In this document: piece after piece, positions 9,159-19,250 of the stretch
How positions within the stretch are numbered: the stretch's first letter is position 1
Layout of the letters: each line of letters opens with the position of its first letter
Assembly: GCA_964484475.1 (NCBI GenBank)
Contig: CAZAFU010000001.1
Span: 142 to 64,141, forward strand
DNA: 64,000 nt
Direction of reading: 5' to 3'
DNA from: an uncultured Caulobacterales bacterium
Lineage (GTDB): Bacteria; Pseudomonadota; Alphaproteobacteria; Caulobacterales; Parvularculaceae
The notes under the pieces: model-generated
What the model saw: only the letters and a program-made list of their open reading frames with translations
Databases searched by the model: none
What the model was told of the DNA's origin: nothing
Made by a program: the position numbers and the translations under genes

Positions 9159-10667
9159 TCAGTCATTCTCCCTGTAGCGGTACCGGCCGAGCAGCAGGAG
9201 CGGCAGGGTCGAAACAAACAGGATCACAGCGGACATGGTGAGGGTGAAGGTCCAGTCCTGGCCCGGCAGGATACCGGTATCGGTTCCGAAGAAGTGGACC
9301 CCCCGCCCGTCGGCGATATCGGTCATGATGGTCGGACCAAGGCCCGCCCCGAGCGCGAAGAAGGCATAAAGTGCCCCGTAGATCGCCGAGTAGCTCTTCA
9401 TCCCGAAATATTTCGAGACGATGTAGGCCATGAAATCGTACTCCACCCCTGCCCCGAAGCCGATCATCAGGATAGCGAGGGTCGCCCCCGTTGCATCGAT
9501 ATCGGGCTGGGCAAGAAGCCAGAGCGCGATGGCGGGGGAAGCGAGAAAGACGAAGGCCACCCCCGGCGCCCAGAAGCGGTCGATGAGGAAGCCGCCGATC
9601 ATCCGCCCGGCAAAGACCGCAAGTCCCGTGAGTGTGGCAAGCCCCACTGCCTCGTCCATCCCGAACTCACGCGCGGTCAGCACCCGTTCGATGTTCGGGA
9701 TGACCGCGCCGACCGCGTAAGAGATCGGCACGAAGCATGCCGCGAGGAGCCAGAAGCGCCACGTGGACAGGGCTTCACCGAGGGACATGCCAGGCAGCAC
9801 GACCGGGCCGCTCGTCTCCTGCTCGGGAGGGGCCTTGCGGATGTCGAGGAAGAGCATCATCAGCACCGGGAGAAGCGCAAGAATACAGAATCCGAAGGCC
9901 ATCAGGTATTCGAGGCGAGGTCCGTTCTGCGCCATGAGAGGCATGACCTGCCGTGACACGATGAAGATGAGGGCAAGGGTGCCGGCAAGGGAAATGCCTA
10001 GGATGGGCACCTTGAACTTCGTCGCCTCGGCATCGCGGAGCGGCTTGTCCTCGACGTCCCTCAGGCCGAGATAGCCGATGGGCAGGGCGATCACGAGAGG
10101 CAGAAGGCCAAGAAGGATGTAAGCGGACCGCCAGCCCGAGCCGCCGAAGAAATGAAGCGCCTCGTTGCTGACCACGTATTGGGCGAAGAACTTGGCGAGC
10201 GCTCCGAAGACGCCCGTGGCTATCAGCGCGATGCCCAGCGCGATGCCGCGGTTCTGCTTGAACCAGTTCGCCACCGGCCTGGTGAAGGTGATCGGCAATG
10301 TTCCCGCTCCGGCGAAAGCGAGGAGCACCCACAGGATGATATAGAGCGTCTTCGACCCGGTGTTCAGGGCGAGGGCCATCATCGAGAGGCTGAAGGTGAC
10401 GATGGATGTCAGCGCGACGGTTCTCGCACCGAACTTTTCGGTCAGGATGCCGACCACGGGCGCTGCGGCAAAGGCGCCGAAGGTATAGATCGCAAGGGCA
10501 TTGAGGATATCGCCCGGTGCCCAGCCGAGCGGCGCGAACTCCCGCATCAGCGGCGGGATGAACACGCCGATGGTGTAGAAGGGCAGCGGCGAAAGGCCGA
10601 GACCGACCCCCACCGCCGCTGCGGAAAGAACCGGCCAGCCGCGTCCGAACTCAGTACTCTTTTGCAT
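9159..10667 (-). CDS. MFS transporter
   Basis: Many TM helices; GILTEKFGAR, WFKQNRGIALG, GFLIDRF and YFGMKSYSAIYG motifs. Confidence 0.93.
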   Translation of the reverse strand: MQKSTEFGRGWPVLSAAAVGVGLGLSPLPFYTIGVFIPPLMREFAPLGWAPGDILNALAIYTFGAFAAAPVVGILTEKFGARTVALTSIVTFSLSMMALALNTGSKTLYIILWVLLAFAGAGTLPITFTRPVANWFKQNRGIALGIALIATGVFGALAKFFAQYVVSNEALHFFGGSGWRSAYILLGLLPLVIALPIGYLGLRDVEDKPLRDAEATKFKVPILGISLAGTLALIFIVSRQVMPLMAQNGPRLEYLMAFGFCILALLPVLMMLFLDIRKAPPEQETSGPVVLPGMSLGEALSTWRFWLLAACFVPISYAVGAVIPNIERVLTAREFGMDEAVGLATLTGLAVFAGRMIGGFLIDRFWAPGVAFVFLASPAIALWLLAQPDIDATGATLAILMIGFGAGVEYDFMAYIVSKYFGMKSYSAIYGALYAFFALGAGLGPTIMTDIADGRGVHFFGTDTGILPGQDWTFTLTMSAVILFVSTLPLLLLGRYRYREND

Positions 10668-10812
10668 CGCTGTCCGCTCTCCCTCGCCTCACCAGCATGT
10701 CTCGCCCCTTCAGAATGGACAAGGCGACGGATCCTGAGATCCGTCGCCTCCTGACTGCGAGCTTCCCTGGAACGAAGGGGAAGGGGTTGGGAAGCTCGAA
10801 GACCGGCGCCGC

Positions 10813-13287
10813 CTAGAAGCGGTAGCGAAGCTCGACACCATATTGGGGGCCACGGCGCAGGGCACCGAAGAAGGCACGCGGCGCCGAACCCGACGCCCCG
10901 TCGGGTGCGGTATTGATGTTGGCGAAGAAGTGCGGGGTCTGAAGCCAACGGGTCGCCATCACGATCGAGTCCTCGTCGTTGATGTTCTGGCCGAAGGCCG
11001 AGAGCGTCCAGTTGTCATGCTCGAAACCAATCCGCGCACCAATAATTGTGGCATCGCCGGTTTCGGCCCGGTTGTGGACCTGCACGAACTTGGAGCTCTC
11101 GTAAGTCACGTCCGCCGAAGCGAAGAAACCGGATCCCATCGGGCCAACACCCGGCAGGTCGTAGCGCAGGAATCCCGACGCCTGGTGTTTGGAGGTCAAC
11201 GGGAACTGACGCCCCTCGATCGAGCAGCTCGCGGGACCAGCACCGGCGAAATCGGCGGTGAAATCCGTACCGGTCTGGTTCGCCGGATCGGTGAGCAACC
11301 CACCCCCCGAAGTCAGGGTCCACTCGTCCGGATCGCAGCCGCTCGTGAACTCGGTGTCGACATAGGCGTAGTTCACCGACGTCGAGAAATATCGACCGAG
11401 ATTGCCGCCGACATCGAATTCGAAGCCGAAGATCTCTCCTGAACCCTGGTTGGTGGCGATCGAGTTCAGGGCCCCGGAGGGTGTCGCGAGGGCCTCGGTG
11501 AGCTGAACGTTCGTTGCGTCGGTGAAGAAAACGGCGCCCGTGAAATTGAGATCGCCAAAGATCGGAGTCTTCAGGCCGATCTCGTAGTTCTTGGACTCCT
11601 CCTGCTCGTAGGCGGGAGAGCCGACCTCCGCACCTTCAGCGCCGTTCAGGCCGCCGGGCTTCACACCTTCCGCATAGAGCGCGTAGATGACGCCGCCGGT
11701 CGGCAGGTCGTAGTCGAGGGTCACGCGCGGAGTGAAAGCATCGAAGGTGGCCTCACCGACGGGAGAATTGCTGTCCGTCTTCGTCTCTTCCGCGTACCGC
11801 CCCTCCACCGTGATCGAGAGGACATCGGTGATGTCGTACTCGACGAAGGCAAAAAGAGCCTGGTTCTCGATGCCGCGCGTCCCGAAACGGTTGAAGATCG
11901 AGGTGCCGTTGGGGTCATCGAAGGTGATCTCGTAGTCCTCGATATCCTGCTCGAAATAGTAGGCACCGAGAAGCCAGCGCAGCCGCTGGTCGGTCGGCGA
12001 GGACAGCTTGAGCTCGAGGCTGATGTCGCGAACCTCGTCGCGGGTGGTGTTGGCGAAGAAGGGTTCGGCATTGGGGCCGGAAACGAACCAGTTCACGGAG
12101 GAATGGTCGCTGTCATAGCCCTGTTTGAGGTGCTCCTTGCGGTAACCTGCCAGGAACTCGAGATTGTACCCTTCCGCAAACTCGTAGCCGTTGATCCAGC
12201 TTACGAGGGTCTGCTCACGGGAGATACCGTCGAACGCGGTCCCGTCGCCGAGCCCGTAGAACGGAATGAAATTGGTCCCCGGTAGCGCGCCGGGGATGAC
12301 GTTGGGTTCGCCGTCGGCATCCTCGTCGGTGTTGAGCTGCACCGTCCCCGGCTCGATCACGCCGCAGTAGTACTGGTTCTGGTTGTTGTAGGCCGGCGTC
12401 GGGAACGGCAGGCCGTTACCGGCAGGCCCCGGCACGAAGAAGATCGATGAAAGCGAGCGGTAGCCCTGCGCGCAGTTGTTCTCCGAAGCGTCCTGCAGGA
12501 AGATCGGCAGCGGCCCGTCATCGTCGTCATTGTAATTGACGCGGAGGCGCGAGGTGAAATTGTCAGTCGGCTCATAATCGAGGACGCCCGAAATCGAGAA
12601 GGTCCGCTCGTCGCCGACGGTGTCGCCTGTCACCTGGTTGGTGAACTCGCCGCCATACTCGTAATAGCGGGTGGTGATCCGCCCGGTGAGGCCATCCATG
12701 ATCGGCCCGGCCAGGGAGACCGACGCATCAATGGTGTCGTTACTCCCCGCCCTGATGGTCGAGCTGCCGGTGAAGGTATCGCTGCCGCCGGAGGTGATGA
12801 AGTTGATCGCACCGGCATAGGTGTTCCGGCCGTAGAGCGCGGACTGCGGACCCTTCACGACCTCGACGCGCTGGAGTTCCTGAGGATCGAGGTTCTGGAT
12901 TGAGCCAGCGTAATAGACCCCGTCGACGAAGTAGGCAGTACCCGACTCGACGCCGAACTGCACGCCCGCAAGCACATTCGACTGACCACGGATCACCGGC
13001 CTTTCAGTAGCGCGGCCGAAGGCCTTGGAGAAAGACAGGCCCGGCGTGAAGCGGGCAATGTCGTCGACGGATCGCAACTGCAGGTTCTCGATCGCGTCCT
13101 CGCCGAATGCGCTGACGGCGACGGGAGCTTCGAGAAGCCCCTCCTCCTTGCGCCGTGCCGATACGGTGATGACGTCATTATCGAAAAGGGGCTCGTCATC
13201 GACGAGCACCTGGGCCGTTGCCTGATCGGCCGCGATGGTCAGGGCGAACCCCGCGACCCCCGCAAGCCATGCTGTTTTCCTGGTCAT
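10813..13287 (-). CDS. TonB-dependent receptor
   Basis: Signal peptide, ITVSARRKEE, RVEVVKGPQSALYGRN..AGAIN, C-terminal YGVELRYRF; GGGGAGG RBS before 13287. Confidence 0.96.
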   Translation of the reverse strand: MTRKTAWLAGVAGFALTIAADQATAQVLVDDEPLFDNDVITVSARRKEEGLLEAPVAVSAFGEDAIENLQLRSVDDIARFTPGLSFSKAFGRATERPVIRGQSNVLAGVQFGVESGTAYFVDGVYYAGSIQNLDPQELQRVEVVKGPQSALYGRNTYAGAINFITSGGSDTFTGSSTIRAGSNDTIDASVSLAGPIMDGLTGRITTRYYEYGGEFTNQVTGDTVGDERTFSISGVLDYEPTDNFTSRLRVNYNDDDDGPLPIFLQDASENNCAQGYRSLSSIFFVPGPAGNGLPFPTPAYNNQNQYYCGVIEPGTVQLNTDEDADGEPNVIPGALPGTNFIPFYGLGDGTAFDGISREQTLVSWINGYEFAEGYNLEFLAGYRKEHLKQGYDSDHSSVNWFVSGPNAEPFFANTTRDEVRDISLELKLSSPTDQRLRWLLGAYYFEQDIEDYEITFDDPNGTSIFNRFGTRGIENQALFAFVEYDITDVLSITVEGRYAEETKTDSNSPVGEATFDAFTPRVTLDYDLPTGGVIYALYAEGVKPGGLNGAEGAEVGSPAYEQEESKNYEIGLKTPIFGDLNFTGAVFFTDATNVQLTEALATPSGALNSIATNQGSGEIFGFEFDVGGNLGRYFSTSVNYAYVDTEFTSGCDPDEWTLTSGGGLLTDPANQTGTDFTADFAGAGPASCSIEGRQFPLTSKHQASGFLRYDLPGVGPMGSGFFASADVTYESSKFVQVHNRAETGDATIIGARIGFEHDNWTLSAFGQNINDEDSIVMATRWLQTPHFFANINTAPDGASGSAPRAFFGALRRGPQYGVELRYRF

Positions 13288-13337
13288 GCTTTCCTCCCCT
13301 GCCGACCGATCTGCGATCCTCGGTCGACATGCCATCC

Positions 13338-13353
13338 AAAAGGTATATCATTT
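13338..13353. promoter_or_regulatory. Operator copy 3 (AAAAGGTATATCATTT)
   Basis: Lies between the divergent TBDR and DUF3598 genes. Confidence 0.85.
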
Positions 13354-13458
13354 CACCTTCTGCCGCTCCGGACGGGGACGCAAGAGCAGAAAGACGCAGG
13401 AACTGACTTTGCAGGGCACAAAGTTGCCAAGAAAGCACAGATTGAGAGAAGGAAGACG

Positions 13459-13965
13459 ATGCTGGGCGGAATGACCTCGAACAAGCTGAAGAAGATCATG
13501 CCGCTTCTGGCGCGCCACGAAGGCGTGTGGGAAGGTAAATACCGGTACTACGACGCCGACGGCAACAAGACTGACGAGCACGATTCCCGCCTGATCTGTC
13601 GATTTCCCGAAAAGGGGCACCCCTATCATCAGACCAATCATTATCGCTGGGCTGACGGAAAACGGGAGGTGCGGGATTTCCCGGCGCAGGTGAAGAACGA
13701 CCGGCTGTTCTGGGACAATGAATTCATCAATGGCTGGGCCTGCGACGTCGATCTCGATGACTTCAACAGGACCACCATGCTGAACTGGACCCGGACTGGC
13801 GAGCCGGATCTCTATCTCTACGAGATGATCCAGCTCTCGGACGACGGACAGGCCCGTGCGAGGGTCTGGCAGTGGTACAAGGCGGACCGCCTGTTCCAGC
13901 GCACGCTGGTGGACGAACACTTCGTCAGCAAGGACTGGAAAGCCTACGAGGACCAGGAGTTCTGA
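13459..13965 (+). CDS. DUF3598-like beta-barrel (calycin-like) protein
   Basis: HEGVWEGKY...YHQTNHYRWADG...RARVWQWY pattern; the GxWxG start is typical of calycin barrels. Confidence 0.7.
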   Translation: MLGGMTSNKLKKIMPLLARHEGVWEGKYRYYDADGNKTDEHDSRLICRFPEKGHPYHQTNHYRWADGKREVRDFPAQVKNDRLFWDNEFINGWACDVDLDDFNRTTMLNWTRTGEPDLYLYEMIQLSDDGQARARVWQWYKADRLFQRTLVDEHFVSKDWKAYEDQEF

Positions 13966-13989
13966 TCCTCGCCCGCGGAAGAGCGGGGC

Positions 13990-14898
13990 CTAGCGGCCCC
14001 CGTCCCTTTGCGGCGGGCGGATCGAACCTTCGCGTACGCCCTTGTAGTACTTCCAGCTCGTCATGTTGTCCCGGTCGTCGCCTTCCTCAGGCGGACGGTC
14101 ATATTCGGGATAGTTCCGGGCGATCTCGGTCTTCATGGTCTCGGAAAGCTGGTCGAAACCCTGCAGCTTCCGCCCGGCGGTGTGCATGTAGATGATTCCC
14201 TCACGGCCGTTCATGCGCATCCAGGGAAGCCAGTCGGACATCCTCGCCCAGCCAACCGTCACCTTGGCACTGGGTTCTGAAGCATCGAGGAGGTCATCCG
14301 TACGCCCAAAGAAATTGAACATCTCCGTCGCGTGGTAGGTGCCGCCGATTTCAGCTTCGTAGGGGCTGGCGAGCGGGCTCGGATACCAGAGCGGGAATGT
14401 CGAGCGATACCACCAGGTGCCGTCCTCGCCGATCTCGCCGCCCCAGCTCGCCGGCTGGCCGCCACGCCCGGTTTCGTACATCTCGAAGTTCACCGGGTCG
14501 TTGGCGACATGCAGGACCTCGACGGTCTCGTTCGTCCAGGGGTTGGTCCAGGTCGCGAGGGGCTCACCGGTCTCGGGATCCTTGTAGAGAAGGATTTCCC
14601 GGGACACGAGGGCGAACCCTTCGCCCTTCTCGCGGTCGGTGATGCGCGAGCACGCCCTGATGTTCATGCCCTCGACATCGAAGAGCTTCGTGTCGCGCTC
14701 ACCCTGCCTGCGGGCGTAGGCGACACCCGACCAGTGATAGACCGCGGGTTCGTTGTCCTCGAGCGAGCACTGGATCTTGCGCATGATCTTGAGCGCGTCG
14801 CCGGGATCGGATGGATCGAGCCTGTCCTGGGCCTGTGCGCCCGCGAACCCGGTTCCGATGATGGCGGTCGCCGCGAGTAGTGTCGATCTCAAGCCCAT
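13990..14898 (-). CDS. DUF1838 family exported protein
   Basis: Signal peptide; KIQCSL.D...YHWSG, LFDVEGMN, VSREILLYKDPETGE, HVANDPVN and WLPWM motifs. Confidence 0.85.
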   Translation of the reverse strand: MGLRSTLLAATAIIGTGFAGAQAQDRLDPSDPGDALKIMRKIQCSLEDNEPAVYHWSGVAYARRQGERDTKLFDVEGMNIRACSRITDREKGEGFALVSREILLYKDPETGEPLATWTNPWTNETVEVLHVANDPVNFEMYETGRGGQPASWGGEIGEDGTWWYRSTFPLWYPSPLASPYEAEIGGTYHATEMFNFFGRTDDLLDASEPSAKVTVGWARMSDWLPWMRMNGREGIIYMHTAGRKLQGFDQLSETMKTEIARNYPEYDRPPEEGDDRDNMTSWKYYKGVREGSIRPPQRDGGR

Positions 14899-14912
14899 AG
14901 GGTCCCCCAAGG

Positions 14913-16388
14913 TTAATTGGTATATCTTTTAGACGATGCCATGACCGCCGGGGCTTCGCCAAGGGTTTCTTCAGTCGATGGCGTCGCGATCCGCCCGGCG
15001 GCGAGGACACCGAAGCCCAGCGCCCAAGGCAGTGTCCTGGCCCAGACCCCGCCCGGTCCCGCCGGGACCACGAATTCGAACAGAAGCGCGAGCGCGAATG
15101 CGGCGACCATCGCTGCGAGGACAGAGGGCCCCGGCGGCCTGATTCCTGCGGCCATGACGATGACCGTGGGACCGAAACTCGCACCGAGCGCGGTCCAGGC
15201 GAAGAGCGTACGGGAAAAGATCGTCGACGGAAGGTAGAGGGTCAGGAGGATCGCCGCAGCGGAGACCAGAACGATGGCGAAGCGTGAGACGAGGACCTCC
15301 CTCCCTCCGAACCGCCGGGCGAGTCCGAGATCGTGGCTCACCGCCGCGCCGACCACGAGAAGCTGGCTGTCCACGGTGGACATGATCGCCGAAAGGGTCG
15401 CAGCGATCACCACCCCGGCGAAGGCGGGCGGGAAGAGGGCCGCCGCCGCCTCGAAGAAGACGCTCTCCGCCGGGACGTCGGCGCCGAAAAGGCTGCGTGC
15501 GGAAAGACCCAGGACTGCCATGCCGAGATACACGAGTGCGCCCCAGCCGAGGGCGATCCCCGCCCCGGTCACGCGGGCCTTCCGGTCCCGGCTGGCCATG
15601 ATCCAGGCGACGAGATGCGGCTGACCCAAGGCACCGAAGCCGGTGGCGAAAAGGCCCGCGACAAAGCCGATGGCCAGCATGGCCGGCCGCCCGCCGAACG
15701 GATCACCGTAGTTCTCCCCGGCAGAAGCGATGACGCCTTCCCACCCCGAAAGCCCGCCTGTTGCAAGGAAGGCAGCCAAAGGGAGCACAACAGCGACCAG
15801 GCCCATCAGAAGGCCCTGCAGGGTGTCGATGACCGCCACCGCGACGAAGCCGCCGAGGAAAGTGTAGGCGAGGATCACCGCCGCGCCGAGGAGAACGCCG
15901 GTCCTCAGGTCCGCACCGAACAGGCCCTGGAACGCAATGCCCGCGCCCTGAAGCTGTGATGCGATGTAGTAGGAAAAGCAGAAGACGATCATCAGGCTCG
16001 CGGCCGCCCTTATGCTCCGCGCCGTCCGGACGCCATTAGAGGCCAGAAGCTCCGTGAGCGTCAGATGGCCCTCCTCTCGGCTCAGGCGCTGGAGCATCGG
16101 GCCGGCACCGAGCCAGACTGCTGCGTATCCGGCGAGAATGCCGGGCACCATCCAGAGGGCGGAGGGCCCGACGCCGAAGACGAACCCGGAAAAACCGAGA
16201 AGCACCCAGGCGCTGGAACTCGACGCGGCGTAGGCCAGACCGGCGACGAGGGGACCGAGGGACCTGCCGCCGAGGAAGAAGCTCTCCGCGCTTCTCGCCC
16301 GGCGCGCGGCCCATAGGCCGATCGCGAAGAGAAGGACCGAATAGCCGATGAGGGTGGCGAGGGCCCAGGCACGGTCGGCGCCTTCCAT
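14913..16388 (-). CDS. Sodium/solute symporter (PutP-like)
   Basis: FFLGGRSLGP, AASSSSAW, YTFLGGF.AV...DTLQG, GQPH and SAIMSTVDSQLL motifs. Confidence 0.92.
   Translation of the reverse strand: MEGADRAWALATLIGYSVLLFAIGLWAARRARSAESFFLGGRSLGPLVAGLAYAASSSSAWVLLGFSGFVFGVGPSALWMVPGILAGYAAVWLGAGPMLQRLSREEGHLTLTELLASNGVRTARSIRAAASLMIVFCFSYYIASQLQGAGIAFQGLFGADLRTGVLLGAAVILAYTFLGGFVAVAVIDTLQGLLMGLVAVVLPLAAFLATGGLSGWEGVIASAGENYGDPFGGRPAMLAIGFVAGLFATGFGALGQPHLVAWIMASRDRKARVTGAGIALGWGALVYLGMAVLGLSARSLFGADVPAESVFFEAAAALFPPAFAGVVIAATLSAIMSTVDSQLLVVGAAVSHDLGLARRFGGREVLVSRFAIVLVSAAAILLTLYLPSTIFSRTLFAWTALGASFGPTVIVMAAGIRPPGPSVLAAMVAAFALALLFEFVVPAGPGGVWARTLPWALGFGVLAAGRIATPSTEETLGEAPAVMASSKRYTN
14915..14930. 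promoter_or_regulatory. Operator copy 4 (AATTGGTATATCTTTT), inside the symporter 3' end
   Basis: 16 nt upstream of the DUF1838 start; overlaps the last symporter codons. Confidence 0.75.
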
Positions 16389-16392
16389 CCCG

Positions 16393-17331
16393 TCAGGCTG
16401 CCGGGCTTCGCTGCTGCTCGAACCCCAAGGGGAGGCCGGCGTTGGCTGTGAAACCATAAAGCGGTTCGTCGGGAAGCGCCGTCGCCAGGTCCTCGCGGCA
16501 GGCGATCAGCCGTTCGAGGTCGATCCCCGTCCTCACGCCCATGGCCTCGAACATGAAAACGAGGTCTTCGGTGACGATATTGCCGCTGGCCCCGGGCGCT
16601 GTCGGACATCCGCCGAGACCGCCGAGAGAGCTGTCGAAAGTGTCGATGCCCTCTTCATAGGCCGCAAGAGCATTGGCGAGGCCAAGGCCCCTGGTGTTGT
16701 GAAGGTGGACCCCGGTGAGGCGCTCATCACCGACCACCCCACGAACCTTTCGGATGAGGCGCCTGATCGAGCCGGGATCGGCGTAGCCGGTCGTGTCGGA
16801 CAATCCCACCTCGTCGCAGCCGGCCCGAACGAGCCGTTCGGCGGACCGGAGCACGACTGCTTCGGGAACGGATCCTTCGAGGGTGCAGCCGAAGGCGGTC
16901 GAGAGAGAGCCCTCGAAGGTGGGCCGCCCTTCCTTCGGCAGCCCGGCGATCAGTCCGGCGATCTTTTCCGCCTCTTCGATGACCTGGTCGTGGGTGCGGT
17001 TGATGTTCCTGAGCGAATGGGTCTCGCTCACCGACATGGGCAGGGTCAATTTATGCGCCCCCGCCTCGATCGCCAGTTCGGCGCCCTTGAGATTGGGAAC
17101 GAGGACGGCAATGGTAAGGCCGTCGATGGCCTTCGCGGCACGGACGATCTCTCCCGTGTCGGCCATCTGCGGCAGCAGCCGGGGTGAGACAAAAGAGCCG
17201 ACCTCGATCTCGGTCAGGCCCGCGCTCGCCAAACGCTTGATCCACCGGGCCTTTGCATCGGTCGGCATGACACTTTTAGCGTTCTGCAGGCCGTCACGAG
17301 GACCCACTTCGCTGATGAGGACACTGTCCAT
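16393..17331 (-). CDS. Hydroxymethylglutaryl-CoA lyase family (DRE-TIM) protein
   Basis: EVGPRDGLQN, HLHNTRG and GLGGCP.APGASGN motifs; AAGGAG RBS before 17331. Confidence 0.93.
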   Translation of the reverse strand: MDSVLISEVGPRDGLQNAKSVMPTDAKARWIKRLASAGLTEIEVGSFVSPRLLPQMADTGEIVRAAKAIDGLTIAVLVPNLKGAELAIEAGAHKLTLPMSVSETHSLRNINRTHDQVIEEAEKIAGLIAGLPKEGRPTFEGSLSTAFGCTLEGSVPEAVVLRSAERLVRAGCDEVGLSDTTGYADPGSIRRLIRKVRGVVGDERLTGVHLHNTRGLGLANALAAYEEGIDTFDSSLGGLGGCPTAPGASGNIVTEDLVFMFEAMGVRTGIDLERLIACREDLATALPDEPLYGFTANAGLPLGFEQQRSPAA

Positions 17332-17372
17332 GATCCGCTCCTTCATGCCCGGAGGAGGTGCGCTCCCCGTCG

Positions 17373-17388
17373 AAATGGTATATCCTTT
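17373..17388. promoter_or_regulatory. Operator copy 5 (AAATGGTATATCCTTT)
   Basis: Lies between the divergent lyase and CoA-transferase genes; symmetry extends to CGAAA...TTTCG. Confidence 0.85.
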
Positions 17389-17442
17389 CGTCAAAACGAA
17401 TAAAACCCATGCTCGATCGACCATGGCAGGGAGGTCATCCTG

Positions 17443-18651
17443 ATGGCAAAACCTCTTCTCTCCGACCTGAAGGTCGTGGAATTCACCCACATGGTGATGG
17501 GCCCCGCGGCAGGACTGATTCTCGCGGATCTCGGGGCGGAGGTGATCAAGGTCGAACCATTGGGAGGGGACAAGACGCGCCGACTGCGCGGCTCAGGGGC
17601 CGGCTACTTTCCGATGTACAACCGCAACAAGAAAAGCCTGGCCGTCGATCTGAAATCGGAAGAGGGCCGCAGGCTGGCCTATGACCTGATCGAAGGCGCG
17701 GATGTCTTCATAGAGAACTTCCGCCCGGGCGCGCTCGAGCGGCTCGGTTTCGGATATGATCAGCTCAGAGAGAAGAACCCGCGGCTGGTCTACTGCTCCG
17801 AGAAGGGGTTTCTCGACGGACCCTACCAGCACCGGACGGCCCTCGACGAAGTCGCGCAGATGATGGGCGGGCTCGCGTACATGACTGGCCCGCCAGGACG
17901 TCCCTTGCGTGCCGGCGCCTCCGTCATCGACGTGGCGGGCGGCATGTTCGGCGCGATCGCAGTGCTTGCAGCGTTGCGTGAGCGTGACCGGACCGGACAG
18001 GGAACGCATGTTTCAAGCTCCCTCTTCGAGACGGCAGTGTTCTTCGTCGGGCAGCACATGGCGCAATACGGGGTGACCGGATCGCCAGCCGCCCCGATGC
18101 CCGCACGGATCTCCGCATGGGCCGTCTATGACGTCTTCGATACCGGCGACGGTGAGAAGGTCTTCGTTGGGGTCGTCTCGGACAGCCAGTGGCAGACCTT
18201 CTGCCGGGCCTTCGACCTCGACGACTGGGCGAATGACGAAAATCTCAAGGAAAACAACGACAGGATCGCTCGCCGCGATGCCATCATCCCGCGCATCCAC
18301 GATGTATTCAGTACAATGACACAGAAGGAACTGATGGAGAAGCTCGAGGAACTCGGCCTGCCCTTCGCGCCGATCACCAAGCCTGAAGACCTGTTCGACG
18401 ATCCGCACCTGAAGGCCAGTTCCGGCCTTCTCGACATGACCCTGCCCGAGGGAACCGACATCGCGCTCCCCGCTCTCCCCCTTGCCCTTGGGGGGGCGCG
18501 CGCCGGCCTTCGTATCGACCCGCCCTCCATCGGGGAGCATACGGAGGAAATTCTCGGCACCCTCGGGCGGGACAGGGCTGAGATCGAACGTCTTCTGGCC
18601 GACGGTATCGTCGAGAAATCCCGTCCGGCACGGCGTCAGGCGGCGGAGTAG
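17443..18651 (+). CDS. CaiB/BaiF family III CoA transferase
   Basis: LADLGAEVIKVEP, NRNKKS, ENFRPG and PPSIGEHT motifs. Confidence 0.95.
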   Translation: MAKPLLSDLKVVEFTHMVMGPAAGLILADLGAEVIKVEPLGGDKTRRLRGSGAGYFPMYNRNKKSLAVDLKSEEGRRLAYDLIEGADVFIENFRPGALERLGFGYDQLREKNPRLVYCSEKGFLDGPYQHRTALDEVAQMMGGLAYMTGPPGRPLRAGASVIDVAGGMFGAIAVLAALRERDRTGQGTHVSSSLFETAVFFVGQHMAQYGVTGSPAAPMPARISAWAVYDVFDTGDGEKVFVGVVSDSQWQTFCRAFDLDDWANDENLKENNDRIARRDAIIPRIHDVFSTMTQKELMEKLEELGLPFAPITKPEDLFDDPHLKASSGLLDMTLPEGTDIALPALPLALGGARAGLRIDPPSIGEHTEEILGTLGRDRAEIERLLADGIVEKSRPARRQAAE

Positions 18652-19250
18652 AGCCAGGGGCGCGCTTTCCTGTCGCGCTCGAGAAACCCGTCGATCAGGG
18701 TGCTGTCCCGCAGGGTCAGTTCGATCGGGTCGAGCCCTTCGAGAAGCAGCGTCTTGGAATAGGGGTCGATGTCGAAGCGGACAGCCTCCCCTCCCCGCCC
18801 CTCAGGGGTCACGGTCTGGGCTTCAAGATCGATGGCAACCGGCTGGTATACTGTCCATTCCCTATGCTGACCGTCTGGTAGCGGGATCGGCAGGATGCCG
18901 TTCCGTACGCAGTTTCCTCTGAAGATCGAACCGAAACTGTCGGCGATGATGGCCCTGAAGCCAAAGTCGGCGAGCGCCCAGACGGCGTGTTCGCGCGAGG
19001 AACCGCAACCGAAGTTCCGACCGGACAGGAGAATCCGCGCGCCCTTGGCATCTTCACTGTTGAGTACGAAGTCCCGGTTCGGAACGCGCGCTCCGGGGTC
19101 TTCGTAACGCCAGTTGGCAAAGAGCCCCTCGGCGAGCCCGTCACGACCGACCTTCTTCATCTCGCGCGACGGGATGATCTGGTCCGTATCGACATGATCC
19201 ACCATGAGCCGGACTGTGGAACCTGTGAGTGTATGCAGGGGCTCGGCCAT
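18636..19250 (-). CDS. leuD: 3-isopropylmalate dehydratase small subunit-like protein (probable catabolic paralog)
   Basis: DTDQIIP, NFGCGSSREHAVWAL and GLDPIELTL motifs. Confidence 0.9.
   Translation of the reverse strand: MAEPLHTLTGSTVRLMVDHVDTDQIIPSREMKKVGRDGLAEGLFANWRYEDPGARVPNRDFVLNSEDAKGARILLSGRNFGCGSSREHAVWALADFGFRAIIADSFGSIFRGNCVRNGILPIPLPDGQHREWTVYQPVAIDLEAQTVTPEGRGGEAVRFDIDPYSKTLLLEGLDPIELTLRDSTLIDGFLERDRKARPWLYSAA

Noticed and set aside
13413-13428. Possible sigma54 promoter (GGGCACAAAGTTGC) before DUF3598
   Set aside because: Spacing is one base off the TGGCAC-N5-TTGC consensus
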